Shown: positions 26,884 to 38,710 of the stretch, piece after piece
How positions within the stretch are numbered: the first letter of the stretch is position 1
Layout: the number at the start of each line of letters is the position of its first letter
Source: Paracoccaceae bacterium
Lineage (GTDB): Bacteria; Pseudomonadota; Alphaproteobacteria; Rhodobacterales; Rhodobacteraceae
Assembly: GCA_027045905.1 (NCBI GenBank)
Contig: JALTZY010000194.1
Location: 1-46,672, forward strand
DNA: 46,672 nt
Direction of reading: 5' to 3'
Program-made: the position numbers and the translations under genes
Notes under the pieces: generated by a model
Databases searched by the model: none
What the model was told of the DNA's origin: nothing
The model's input: only the letters and a program-made list of their open reading frames with translations

Positions 26884-29855
26884 GCTTCGTTTCCTTCGAT
26901 GGCGAGCGCGTCTCTGACCAGCGCTTCCTGTTGTTCCTTGTGCGACCTGGCGAGCCCGGTAGCCGGCGAGGCCGAGGCCGGACGCCCGGCATAGGCAGGG
27001 CGGGTATTGACAGCGCCGATACGACCCAGCACCCACTCGATATTGGGCTCGATGAAGGTCCAGGCTCCCTGATTCTTGGGCTCTTCCTGGCACCAGACGA
27101 ATTCCGCCCCCTTGAAGCGCTCCAGTTCCTTGACCATGGACAGCGCCGGGAAGGGGTAGAATTGCTCGATCCTGAGCAAGTAGATATCGTCGATCCCGGC
27201 GGCATCGCGTGCCTCCAGCAGGTCGTAATAGACCTTGCCCGAGCACAGGACCACGCGGCGAATCTTCTCGTCCGCTACCAGCCTGGTGGGCGAACACCCG
27301 ATTTGCGCGTCATCCCACAGCACACGGTGAAAGGAGGAACCGGTGGTGAAGTCCTCGCGCCGCGACACCGCCTTCTTGTGGCGCAGGAGCGATTTCGGCG
27401 TCATCAGGATCAGCGGCTTGCGGAACGAGCGGTGCAGCTGGCGGCGCAGGATGTGGAAATAGTTGGCCGGGGTGGTGCAATTGGCCACGATCCAGTTATC
27501 CCCCCCCGAAAGCTGCAGGTAGCGCTCGAGCCGGGCCGAACTGTGCTCCGGCCCCTGCCCCTCGAAGCCATGCGGCAGCAGGCAGACCAGCCCGGACATG
27601 CGCAGCCACTTGGCCTCGCCCGAGGAAATGAACTGGTCGAACATGATCTGCGCGCCATTGGCAAAGTCGCCGAACTGCGCCTCCCACATGACCAGCGCAT
27701 TGGGCTCAGCCAGCGAATAGCCGTACTCGAAGCCCAGCACCGCGTATTCCGAGAGCATCGAATCGATCACCTCGTAGCGGGCCTGGCCCTCGCGGATATG
27801 GTTGAGCGGGTAGTAGCGCTCTTCGCTCTCCTGGTCGATGAAGGCCGAGTGGCGCTGGCTGAAGGTGCCGCGGGTGCTGTCCTGCCCGGCCAGGCGCACC
27901 GGATAGTTCTCGAGCAGCAGCGAGCCGAAGGCCAGCGCCTCGCCGGTGGCCCAGTCGATCCCCTCGCCCGCCTCCAGCGCCTGCTGCTTGGCCGCGAGCA
28001 TCCGCCCCACGGTCTTGTGCAGATGGAAGCCCTCGGGCACCCGGGTCAGGGCCGCCGCCACCTCGTCATAGGTCTCGGGCGCGATCGCGGTCTCTCCGCG
28101 CTGGTATTCCTTGCCTTGGCGGTCGAGCTTCGACCAGCGCCCGTCGAGCCAGTCGGCCTTGCTCGGGCGGTAACTCTTGCCGGCCTCGAATTCCTCGTTG
28201 AGAAAGGCCTGGAAGGCCATCTTCATGTCCTCGACCTCCACCGGGTCGATCAGCCCGTCGGCGGCCAGCCGCTCGGTATAGAGCTGGAGCGTGGTCGGGT
28301 GCTGCTTGATCCGCTTGTACATCAGCGGATTGGTGAACATCGGCTCATCGCCCTCGTTATGACCGAAACGGCGATAGCAGAACATGTCGATCACCACGTC
28401 CTTGTGGAACTTCTGGCGGAACTCGGTCGCCACCTTGGCGGCGTGGACCACCGCCTCGGGGTCGTCGCCATTGACGTGGAAGATCGGCGCTTCGACCATC
28501 AGCGCGATATCGGTGGGATAGGGCGAGGAGCGGCTGAAATGCGGCGCGGTGGTGAAGCCGATCTGATTGTTGACGACGATATGGATCGTGCCGCCGGTGC
28601 GGTGGCCGACAAGGCCAGAGAGCCCGAAACACTCGGCCACGATCCCCTGGCCGGCAAAGGCCGCATCCCCGTGCAGCAGCACCGGCAGCACCCGGGCGCG
28701 CTCTGCGTCCTCGCGCTGGTCCTGCTTGGCCCGCACCTTGCCCAGCACCACCGGGTTCACCGCCTCGAGGTGGCTCGGATTGGCGGTCAGGCTGAGATGC
28801 ACCTTGTTGCCGTCGAACTCGCGGTCGGAAGAGGCACCGAGGTGATATTTCACGTCGCCCGAGCCGTCCACATCCTCAGGCTTGAAGGAGCCGCCCTGGA
28901 ATTCGTTGAAAATGGCTCGAAACGGCTTGCCCATCACGTTCGCGAGCACGCTCAGGCGGCCGCGATGGGGCATGCCGATCACGATCTCCTCCACCCCCAG
29001 CGCACCGCCGCGCTTGATGATCTGCTCCATTGCCGGGATCAGGCTCTCGCCCCCGTCGAGGCCGAAGCGCTTGGTGCCCATATACTTGACATGCAGGAAT
29101 TTCTCGAAGCCCTCGGCCTCGACCAGCTTCTTCAGGATCGCCTTGCGGCCCATCCGGGTGAACTGGATCTCCTTGCCCAGGCCTTCGATGCGCTCCTTGA
29201 GCCAGCCCGCCTGCTCCGGGTTGGAAATATGCATGTATTGCAGCGCGAAAGTGCCGCAATAGGTGCGGTTCACGATCTCCATGATCTGGCGCATGGTCGC
29301 TGTCTGCAGCCCCAACACGTTGTCGATGAAGATCGGCCGGTCCATATCGGCCTCGGTGAAGCCGTAGGAAGCCGGGGCAAGCTCCGGGAGCGCCGGGATC
29401 TCGCGCAGGCCCAGCGGGTCGAGCCTGGCCTTTCGGTGGCCGCGGATGCGGTAGGCGCGGATGATCATCAGCGCGCGGATCGAGTCGAGCACGGCGCGGC
29501 GCACCTGCTCGTCCGAGACGCTGACCTCGCGCTTCTCGGCCTCGGCGACGATCTTTTCGGCGATCTTGGCGCCATCCTGCGGCCCGGTCTCCTCGGGCCA
29601 CATGCCATCGAGCGCGTGGGTGAGCTCGTCATCGGGCATCGGCGGCCAGTCGGCCCGCGCCCAGGAGGGGCCGGCGGCCTCGGCCTCCACATCGCTTCCG
29701 GCATCGCCCAGCGCCGCGAAATACTCCGCCCAGGCCGCATCCACCGCCTGCGGGTCGCGCGCCCACCGGGCATAGAGATGCTCCATGTAATCGGCATTGT
29801 GCCCCTGCAGGAAGGATGAGGCCCGGAAGCTTTCGTTTGGCGAATGATCGTTCAT
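26880..29855 (-). CDS. sucA: 2-oxoglutarate dehydrogenase E1 component
   Basis: The 991-aa product is collinear with SucA, with blocks such as [14 protein letters not shown] and [12 protein letters not shown]. The gene order is sucA-sucB-lpdA. Confidence 0.95.
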   Translation of the reverse strand: MNDHSPNESFRASSFLQGHNADYMEHLYARWARDPQAVDAAWAEYFAALGDAGSDVEAEAAGPSWARADWPPMPDDELTHALDGMWPEETGPQDGAKIAEKIVAEAEKREVSVSDEQVRRAVLDSIRALMIIRAYRIRGHRKARLDPLGLREIPALPELAPASYGFTEADMDRPIFIDNVLGLQTATMRQIMEIVNRTYCGTFALQYMHISNPEQAGWLKERIEGLGKEIQFTRMGRKAILKKLVEAEGFEKFLHVKYMGTKRFGLDGGESLIPAMEQIIKRGGALGVEEIVIGMPHRGRLSVLANVMGKPFRAIFNEFQGGSFKPEDVDGSGDVKYHLGASSDREFDGNKVHLSLTANPSHLEAVNPVVLGKVRAKQDQREDAERARVLPVLLHGDAAFAGQGIVAECFGLSGLVGHRTGGTIHIVVNNQIGFTTAPHFSRSSPYPTDIALMVEAPIFHVNGDDPEAVVHAAKVATEFRQKFHKDVVIDMFCYRRFGHNEGDEPMFTNPLMYKRIKQHPTTLQLYTERLAADGLIDPVEVEDMKMAFQAFLNEEFEAGKSYRPSKADWLDGRWSKLDRQGKEYQRGETAIAPETYDEVAAALTRVPEGFHLHKTVGRMLAAKQQALEAGEGIDWATGEALAFGSLLLENYPVRLAGQDSTRGTFSQRHSAFIDQESEERYYPLNHIREGQARYEVIDSMLSEYAVLGFEYGYSLAEPNALVMWEAQFGDFANGAQIMFDQFISSGEAKWLRMSGLVCLLPHGFEGQGPEHSSARLERYLQLSGGDNWIVANCTTPANYFHILRRQLHRSFRKPLILMTPKSLLRHKKAVSRREDFTTGSSFHRVLWDDAQIGCSPTRLVADEKIRRVVLCSGKVYYDLLEARDAAGIDDIYLLRIEQFYPFPALSMVKELERFKGAEFVWCQEEPKNQGAWTFIEPNIEWVLGRIGAVNTRPAYAGRPASASPATGLARSHKEQQEALVRDALAIEGNEA

Positions 29856-29884
29856 GATATGCTCCGTTGCGGAGGATGAAAGGG

Positions 29885-30601
29885 TTACTGGGTCGGGGGC
29901 TTGCGGTGCAGATTGGCTGAAACGAGGGCGCCGTGGCGTGAGAAAACCCCGGTCTTGTCGGGATCGGGGGCCATGCGGGAAGCATCCGGCTGAATGAGGG
30001 GCAGCAGGGAGGACCGGCGCGCATGCCGATCTTCGACCAGGTAACCTGGCAGCGAGCGAAAGATCGTGCCCGACTCGGGAACAAAGGTTGCCGCCCCCCC
30101 TTCAAGGGTGCGCGCCATGTCGTCGCGGGTCAGGACAGCATTGCATGAAACATCTTCGCCCCAGGCGAAATGGATGACATCGACGCGCAGGACCGATCCC
30201 GAAGCACTGGCAAAGAACGTATGAGAAACCGGGCTGCCGGGCGGCAAAAGCTTGCGCAGATCACCGCGCGCATTGGCCCGGGCAAAACCCCAATCCATTG
30301 CGAGCCTGTCGGCGGTTGTCGGGGCCTCACCAATCCGCTCCCACAGACGCGCAAGCGCGAACGCATCCAGCATCGGCTCGCTCAAGGATTCCGCCGTGAC
30401 GACCGCCCAGCCAAGCCTGCCGAGTTCCTCGGGCTGCACCGCCCCTCCAAGGCACGCCTCGACCGTCAACCGGTCCAGCCCCCCCTCGCGCTGAGACGCC
30501 ATTGCGGCGGGTGGGGGCACTATGGTCACAAGCGCCAGACCGAGCGCAGCGAGGCCCCCGAATCGCCCGAATTTTCTGCGAAAATTCGCGGCCACCGCCA
30601 C
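29885..30601 (-). CDS. 238-aa predicted secreted protein of unknown function, inserted between sucD and sucA
   Basis: The ORF has a signal-like N-terminus (RRKFGRFGGLAALGLALVTIVPPPAAMA). Its GTG start at 30601 and first codons overlap the palindromic repeat at 30568-30588, so the start is uncertain. Confidence 0.5.
   Translation of the reverse strand: MAVAANFRRKFGRFGGLAALGLALVTIVPPPAAMASQREGGLDRLTVEACLGGAVQPEELGRLGWAVVTAESLSEPMLDAFALARLWERIGEAPTTADRLAMDWGFARANARGDLRKLLPPGSPVSHTFFASASGSVLRVDVIHFAWGEDVSCNAVLTRDDMARTLEGGAATFVPESGTIFRSLPGYLVEDRHARRSSLLPLIQPDASRMAPDPDKTGVFSRHGALVSANLHRKPPTQ
30568..30588. repeat. A/T-cored palindrome CGAATTTTC-TGC-GAAAATTCG preceded by CCCCCGAATC
   Basis: Read directly. 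It lies 17 nt downstream of the sucD stop on the minus strand. It is related to the copies at 133-156 and 23777-23797. Confidence 0.6.
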
Positions 30602-30604
30602 CTC

Positions 30605-31486
<882 letters not shown>

Positions 31487-31510
31487 GACGGCGCTCCTCT
31501 GTTTTCTGTT

Positions 31511-32053
31511 TCAGTCGTATTGCTTCTTGATGGAGGTGGCGATTTCGACGCCGCGTTCGGTGCTGTAGTCGAGCGCCACGGCGAGGGCGTCATTGGCGGC
31601 GTTGTGAAGCAGCCAGTCATGGCCGTCCACATGCGGGCTGGGATCGTCCTCGATACTTTCCAGATGGTTGGGATCGCGGGCGGTGATCTCGGCATCCAGC
31701 GCCGCCTCGACCTCCTTGTAGGCATCATGGTCGCCCAGCGGCGGGGCGAAGGTGATCATGCAGGCGACATGATCGACCCCGCGCGTCACCACCACCTGCT
31801 GCTGAAGCGGGATGCCGAACATCGCCGCCTGATCGGTATCGCTCAGCGCCATCAGCCCCATCCCGGCCGCCGCATCGCGCGCCGCCTTGAACGGGGTCGC
31901 CACATCGCCGGTTTCGGCAAACAGGCAGGGCCCGGTCGCAAGCGCGATGAAGGCATCGAGGTCCGGCCCGTTGCCAGTGTCGGCCTGCTGCGACCATGCC
32001 GGCCCCGCAATCAGAGCCGCGCCCAGAACAAAGGCTGAAATACCCGCTTTCAT
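31511..32053 (-). CDS. 180-aa predicted secreted protein of unknown function, inserted between sucC and sucD
   Basis: ATG 32053 follows a GAGAGG ribosome-binding site. The signal peptide is MKAGISAFVLGAALIAGPAWSQ. I recognise no motif. Confidence 0.6.
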   Translation of the reverse strand: MKAGISAFVLGAALIAGPAWSQQADTGNGPDLDAFIALATGPCLFAETGDVATPFKAARDAAAGMGLMALSDTDQAAMFGIPLQQQVVVTRGVDHVACMITFAPPLGDHDAYKEVEAALDAEITARDPNHLESIEDDPSPHVDGHDWLLHNAANDALAVALDYSTERGVEIATSIKKQYD

Positions 32054-32101
32054 GTCGATACCTCTCTATTATTGATCCGCGAAAATATCCCTGAAAAGTC
32101 G

Positions 32102-33295
32102 TTACCCCTTCACCGCCTTGACGATCTTACGTGCCGCGTCCCCCAGATCGTCGGCCGCGATCACGTCGAGGCCGCTTTCATTGAGGATGCGCTTGCCCTC
32201 TTCCACCTTGGTGCCTTCAAGCCGCACCACCAGCGGCACGGAGAGGCCCACATCCTTCACGGCCTGCACCACGCCTTCGGCGATCACGTCACAGCGCATG
32301 ATGCCGCCGAAGATATTGACGAGGATGCCCTTCACCTTGGGGTCGGAAGTGATGATCTTGAACGCCGCGGTGACCTTCTCGGTGGTCGCCCCGCCGCCCA
32401 CATCGAGGAAGTTCGCGGGCTCCGCGCCATAGAGCTTGATGATGTCCATGGTGGCCATGGCCAGCCCCGCGCCATTGACCATGCAGCCGATCTCGCCATC
32501 GAGCGCGATATAGTTGAGGTCGTATTTCGATGCCTCCAGCTCCCTGGGGTCCTCCTCCGAGGTATCGCGCAGATCGGCGATGTCGGGGTGGCGGTAGAGC
32601 GCGTTGTTGTCAAAGCCCATCTTGGCATCGAGGCACAGAAGCTGGCCCTCGCCGGTCAGCACCAACGGGTTGATCTCCAGCATCTCCATGTCCTTGTCGA
32701 TGAACATCTGGTAAAGCGTGCCCATCAGCGCCACGCATTGCTTGACCTGCTTGCCCGCAAGCCCGAGCGCAAAGGCGATGCGCCGTCCGTGAAAGGGCTG
32801 GTAGCCGGTGGCCGGATCGACGCTGAAGGAGAGGATCTTCTCCGGCGTGCTCGCCGCCACTTCCTCGATATCCATGCCGCCCTCGGTGGAAGCGACGAAA
32901 GAGACGCGGCTCGACTGCCGGTCCACCAGCAGGGCGAGATAGAATTCGCGGGCGATATCGGCGCCATCCTCGATATAGATGCGCCCGACTTCCTTGCCCA
33001 CAGACCCGGTCTGCTTGGTGACAAGCGTGCGCCCGAGCATCTTGCGCGCTTCCTCGGCGGCCTCGCTCACCGAGCGGGCAAGGCGCACGCCGCCGCCTTC
33101 GCCGGCCTCGGCTTCCTTGAAGCTGCCCTTGCCGCGCCCGCCGGCATGGATCTGCGCCTTGACCACCCAGACCGGGCCGTCAAGCTCCCCGGCGGCAGTC
33201 TTGGCCTCTTCGGCACGGGTTACGAGGCGGCCGTCGCTGACCGGGGCACCGGCGGCGCGCAGCAGTGCCTTGGCCTGATACTCGTGGATATTCAT
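32102..33295 (-). CDS. sucC: succinate--CoA ligase (ADP-forming) subunit beta
   Basis: The product begins [22 protein letters not shown] at ATG 33295, and the ATP-grasp region is collinear with SucC. Confidence 0.95.
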   Translation of the reverse strand: MNIHEYQAKALLRAAGAPVSDGRLVTRAEEAKTAAGELDGPVWVVKAQIHAGGRGKGSFKEAEAGEGGGVRLARSVSEAAEEARKMLGRTLVTKQTGSVGKEVGRIYIEDGADIAREFYLALLVDRQSSRVSFVASTEGGMDIEEVAASTPEKILSFSVDPATGYQPFHGRRIAFALGLAGKQVKQCVALMGTLYQMFIDKDMEMLEINPLVLTGEGQLLCLDAKMGFDNNALYRHPDIADLRDTSEEDPRELEASKYDLNYIALDGEIGCMVNGAGLAMATMDIIKLYGAEPANFLDVGGGATTEKVTAAFKIITSDPKVKGILVNIFGGIMRCDVIAEGVVQAVKDVGLSVPLVVRLEGTKVEEGKRILNESGLDVIAADDLGDAARKIVKAVKG

Positions 33296-33408
33296 GAATG
33301 CGTCCTGTCTGTTCAAGAGCCCGTCTTCGGCGGGACCATGCCTGACAGATTTGTGTAAAGAAACGGTTTTTTCCTTGAAACAAGGAAAGATGACAGATTT
33401 CTTCGATT

Positions 33409-33440
33409 TTGTGATCACGCGAAAATAAGTGTGATCACAC
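33409..33440. promoter_or_regulatory. pair of GTGATCAC palindromes (cores 33411-33418 and 33431-33438, 20 bp apart) upstream of sucC
   Basis: Read directly. The second site is the 12-bp perfect palindrome GTGTGATCACAC. The sites are centred about 119 and 139 nt upstream of the sucC ATG, in the mdh-sucC gap. Confidence 0.5.
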
Positions 33441-33535
33441 ATTCCGTTTTCGGCATTGATTCGATACCGCCCCGTCGCGAAGCCCCCGGTGCCCGGCACC
33501 GGGGGCTGAAAGGTGCGCCAGGCGGTCCGGCCCGG

Positions 33536-35005
<1,470 letters not shown>

Positions 35006-35119
35006 TTAACCATGCGCACGCCGCCCCGCGCGCCGTTTCTGCGGCGCGGCACAAAAGGGCTTGCGGAAAGGTGCCCATATGTGGTCGTTTGCGCAAGAAT
35101 ATTGCCCGGAGGCAGAATC

Positions 35120-35980
35120 ATGACCCAGACCGACCGCCCCTTCCGCTCCGTCCTCTACATCCCCGCCGACAAGCCGCGCGCGCTCGACAAGGCGCGCACG
35201 CTTGCCTGCGACGCGATCATCTTCGACCTCGAAGACGCGGTGGCGCCCGATGCCAAGGACGCGGCCCGCCAGACGCTGAGGGAAGAGCTCGCCCGCGGCG
35301 GCTACGGGGCGCGTTTCCGCCTGGTGCGGGTCAACGGGCTCGATACCGAATGGGGCCGGCGCGACCTGGTGGAACTGCGCGAGGCCGATTTCGACGCCCT
35401 GCTGATCCCCAAGGTCTCCACCGGCTGGGACGTGGAAGCGGCCGCCGAGCTTGCCGGCGACAAGCCGCTCTGGGCGATGATGGAGACACCGCCCGCCTTC
35501 ATCAATGCCTGCGAGATCGCCTCCCATACCCGCATGGAGGGGCTCGTGATGGGCACCAACGACCTCATCAAGGATCTCGGCTGCCGGGCACGGGCTGATC
35601 GCCTGCCGCTGCTCACCGCGCTGCAGACCTGCGTCATCGCCGCGCGCTCGGCGCGCATCCCGGCGATCGACGGGGTGTATAATACCTTTCGCGACGAAGA
35701 GGGCCTGCGCGCCGAATGCGAGCAGGGGCGCGATTTCGGTTTTGACGGCAAGACCCTGATCCACCCGGCCCAGCTTGCGGTGGCCAACGAGGTCTTTGCG
35801 CCCAGCGAGGAGGAGCTGGCGCTGGCCCGGCGCCAGATCGAGGCCTTCGAGGCGGCCAAGACAGAGGGCAGGGGGGTCGCGGTGCTGGACGGGCGGATCG
35901 TCGAGAGCCTGCATATCGTCACCGCCCGCGCGCTGCTCGAAAAGGCCGCGGCGATTGCCGAGATGGAGGCGGGCGCATGA
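35120..35980 (+). CDS. mcl2: CitE/HpcH-family protein, probable (3S)-malyl-CoA thioesterase / malyl-CoA lyase-like enzyme
   Basis: It shows the CitE-like pattern SVLYIPADKPRALDKA...DAIIFDLEDAV. The symbol comes from remembered R. sphaeroides synteny (mdh-suc / mcl2 / mch / sdh) and is not verified. Confidence 0.6.
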   Translation: MTQTDRPFRSVLYIPADKPRALDKARTLACDAIIFDLEDAVAPDAKDAARQTLREELARGGYGARFRLVRVNGLDTEWGRRDLVELREADFDALLIPKVSTGWDVEAAAELAGDKPLWAMMETPPAFINACEIASHTRMEGLVMGTNDLIKDLGCRARADRLPLLTALQTCVIAARSARIPAIDGVYNTFRDEEGLRAECEQGRDFGFDGKTLIHPAQLAVANEVFAPSEEELALARRQIEAFEAAKTEGRGVAVLDGRIVESLHIVTARALLEKAAAIAEMEAGA

Positions 35981-36180
35981 AGCTCTATCGCCTGCTCACC
36001 GAGGACGACACCGCCGCCTTCTGCCACAAGGTCACCGAAGCGCTGAACAGGGGCTGGGAACTGCACGGCTCGCCCTCTTACGCCTATGACGCAGGCAAGG
36101 GGGTGATGCGCTGCGCCCAGGCGGTGGTCAAGGAAGTGCCTGGCGAGTACAGCCCGGACCTGAAGCTGGGAGCACAATGA
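35977..36180 (+). CDS. DUF1737 family small protein
   Basis: The 67-aa product begins MKLYRLLTEDDTAAFCHKVTEALNRGWELHGSP. ATGA overlaps occur at both ends (35977 and 36177). Confidence 0.7.
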   Translation: MKLYRLLTEDDTAAFCHKVTEALNRGWELHGSPSYAYDAGKGVMRCAQAVVKEVPGEYSPDLKLGAQ

Positions 36181-37208
36181 TGCGCAAGACCGATCCGGGC
36201 CGCTTCTTCGAGGATTACCGGCTGGGCGATGTGATCACACATGCGGTGCCGCGCACCATCTCCGGCGGGGAGCGGGCGCTCTACCACGCGCTCTATCCGG
36301 CCCGCCACGCGCTTTATTCCTCCGACGACTTCGCCCGCGCCTGCGGTCTGCCCGCAAGCCCGCTTGACGACCTGATCGCCTTTCATACCGTGTTCGGCAA
36401 GACGGTGCCGAACATTTCGCTGAACGCGGTCGCCAATCTGGGCTATGCCGAGGGGCGCTGGCTGCGGCTGGTCTGGCCTGGCGACACCCTGCGCGCGGAG
36501 AGCGAAGTCATTGGCCTGAAACAGAATTCTTCCGGCAAGAGCGGTATCGTCTGGGTCCGCACGAGGGGGCTCGACCAGCGCGGTGAAACGGTGCTCGAAT
36601 ATGTGCGCTGGGTGATGGTACGCAAGCGTGATCACAGCGCGCCCGCGCCGCAGACGGTAGTGCCCGAGCTTGCCCGCGCGGTGGATGCAAGCCGCCTCGT
36701 CGTGCCGGCGGGGCTCGACTTCTCGGCCTACGACTTCACGCTGGCGGGCGAGGCGCATCGGCTCGGCGATTACGCCGTCGGCGAGGTGATCGACCATGTG
36801 GATGCGGTGACCATCGAGGAGGCCGAGCACATGCTCGCCACCCGCCTGTGGCAGAACACCGCCAAGGTGCATTTCGACGCCACCATGCGCGAGGATGGCC
36901 GCCGGCTGATCTATGGCGGCCATGTGATCAGCCTTGCCCGCGCGCTCAGCTTCAACGGGCTCGCCAATGCGCAGATGATCGTCGCCCTCAACGGCGGCAG
37001 CCACGCCAACCCCTGCTTTGCCGGCGATACGGTGCGGGCCTGGTCCGAGGTGCTGGACACGGCCGAAACCGGCGCACCGGGCGTGGGAGCGATCCGCCTG
37101 CGGCTGGTGGCCACAAGGGGCGAGGCGGGCGCGCTCAGGGGCGCGGACGGCAAATATCTGCCCGACGTGCTGCTCGACCTCGACTATTGGGCGCTGATGC
37201 CGCTCTGA
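36177..37208 (+). CDS. mch: MaoC-like double hot-dog dehydratase, probable mesaconyl-CoA hydratase
   Basis: The 343-aa product has a MaoC dehydratase layout. The symbol comes from remembered synteny and size in R. sphaeroides. Confidence 0.6.
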   Translation: MMRKTDPGRFFEDYRLGDVITHAVPRTISGGERALYHALYPARHALYSSDDFARACGLPASPLDDLIAFHTVFGKTVPNISLNAVANLGYAEGRWLRLVWPGDTLRAESEVIGLKQNSSGKSGIVWVRTRGLDQRGETVLEYVRWVMVRKRDHSAPAPQTVVPELARAVDASRLVVPAGLDFSAYDFTLAGEAHRLGDYAVGEVIDHVDAVTIEEAEHMLATRLWQNTAKVHFDATMREDGRRLIYGGHVISLARALSFNGLANAQMIVALNGGSHANPCFAGDTVRAWSEVLDTAETGAPGVGAIRLRLVATRGEAGALRGADGKYLPDVLLDLDYWALMPL

Positions 37209-37311
37209 AGCGCACTGCCGGGCGGCAAACCGGGCAAACGCCCCCCTCCCGCAGCATTTTCCAGGTGAAGAATGGCCTTGACGCATTAGGGAAATTGGCG
37301 ATTCTGAATGG

Positions 37312-38130
37312 ATGGGAAAGAAACGCATCTTCGCCCCGCAGGCAATTGTCCTTTCACTGCTGGCCGCGCCGGCAGCGGCGGACATCCGGGGCGACAAGGA
37401 CGATTTCACGAGAGCCCGCCCCGGCCCCGGACAGATCCTGCCTCCCGGAGAAGGCACGGAGGAAAGCGGCTTCAGGGACCCTGTGCAGCGCTTCATCGAA
37501 TCCAACGTGCTGGAAACCCTCTATCACGAGATGGCCCATGCGCTGATCGACAAGATGGACCTGCCCGTTTTCGGCCCCGAGGAATATGCCGCCGATTTCT
37601 TTGCCGCAGTGCTGCTGGACAGGGTGCATGACCAGGACACCACCCGCCAGCTGGTCGCCGATGTGCTGGCTTCCTATCGCCATGACGGCAGCCAGGGCGG
37701 CCATGTGGCCTGGGATGAGCACGGCAGCGCCATGCAGCGCTATTACAACCTTGCCTGCCTCTATTACGGCGCCGATCCGGAAGGGCGCAAGGGCGCGCTT
37801 GCCGCCTTCAGCCTGCCCGACGATCGCGCCGACACCTGCCCGTCGGAATATGAGCTGGCCAGCTTTGCCTGGGAGAGGGTGCTGGAGGAACTGGCCGAGG
37901 AAGCCCCGGGTGATTCGATCACGCTGGACTGGTATCTCGACAAGGACAGCCACCTGACCCGCTATGTGACCAGGGAGATCGAGGCTCTGAACCGGATGCT
38001 GGTACTCCCTGAGCCGATCGTGGTCAGTGTCATCCCCTGCGGCGAGGTCAATGCCTATTATGATCCCGACAAGAGCGAGATCATCATCTGCACGGAATTG
38101 TCCGATCATCTGGCCAGGATCGCTCCCTGA
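37312..38130 (+). CDS. putative secreted zinc metallopeptidase (DUF4344-like)
   Basis: It has a signal peptide, the HExxH motif (LYHEMAHALID) and FGPEEYAADFFAAVLL. The family name is from memory. Confidence 0.65.
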   Translation: MGKKRIFAPQAIVLSLLAAPAAADIRGDKDDFTRARPGPGQILPPGEGTEESGFRDPVQRFIESNVLETLYHEMAHALIDKMDLPVFGPEEYAADFFAAVLLDRVHDQDTTRQLVADVLASYRHDGSQGGHVAWDEHGSAMQRYYNLACLYYGADPEGRKGALAAFSLPDDRADTCPSEYELASFAWERVLEELAEEAPGDSITLDWYLDKDSHLTRYVTREIEALNRMLVLPEPIVVSVIPCGEVNAYYDPDKSEIIICTELSDHLARIAP

Positions 38131-38159
38131 GGCGAAGAGATTATCCGCATCTTCCGAAT

Positions 38160-38192
38160 ATGTGATCACGGCGAACATTCATGTGATCACGT
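38160..38192. promoter_or_regulatory. pair of GTGATCAC palindromes (cores 38162-38169 and 38183-38190, 21 bp apart) upstream of sdhC
   Basis: Read directly as ATATGTGATCACGG and TCATGTGATCACGT. The sites are centred about 144 and 123 nt upstream of the sdhC ATG. Confidence 0.5.
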
Positions 38193-38309
38193 ATGAATTT
38201 TTTCTGCAAAATCAGCCAAAACTGCCGGATTTTTCCGCGCTTCGTGCGTGACTCCGGCGTCGATCCGTCGCATTGTGAAACGGTATACCGCTGCATGGGA
38301 AGAACTGAC

Positions 38310-38693
38310 ATGTCTGACATGAAAACGGGCGCCCGCCCGCTGTCCCCGCATCTCCAGATCTACCGGATGCCGCTTAACGCCGTGCTCTCGATCGCCCACC
38401 GGATCACCGGAGCGGCCATGGCCGGAAGCGCGGCCCTGATCGTCTGGTGGTTCCTGGCCGCGGCGACATCCGAAGCGTATTTCGCCTTTGTCAACGGGCT
38501 TCTGACCTCCTGGGCAGGCGACATCCTGCTGGGCCTGTCGGCGCTGGCGCTGTGGTTCCATTTCTCCAATGGAATCCGCCACCTGGTGTGGGATACCGGC
38601 GCGCATATGGGCCGCAAGCGGGTGCGCCAGACCGGGTACGCGGCCATCGGCGCCACCCTGCTCCTGACCCTCCTGACCCTGTTCGCCCTCTAG
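38310..38693 (+). CDS. sdhC: succinate dehydrogenase cytochrome b556 subunit
   Basis: It contains RPLSPHLQIYRMPLNAVLSIAHRITG. The start is set at ATG 38310. Confidence 0.9.
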   Translation: MSDMKTGARPLSPHLQIYRMPLNAVLSIAHRITGAAMAGSAALIVWWFLAAATSEAYFAFVNGLLTSWAGDILLGLSALALWFHFSNGIRHLVWDTGAHMGRKRVRQTGYAAIGATLLLTLLTLFAL

Positions 38694-38710
38694 CACGGGA
38701 GAGCCTGACC

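Noticed and set aside
26931-29819. A 962-aa plus-strand ORF opposite sucA.
   Set aside because: It is a shadow ORF antisense to sucA, with a low-complexity Arg/Gly/Leu-rich translation.
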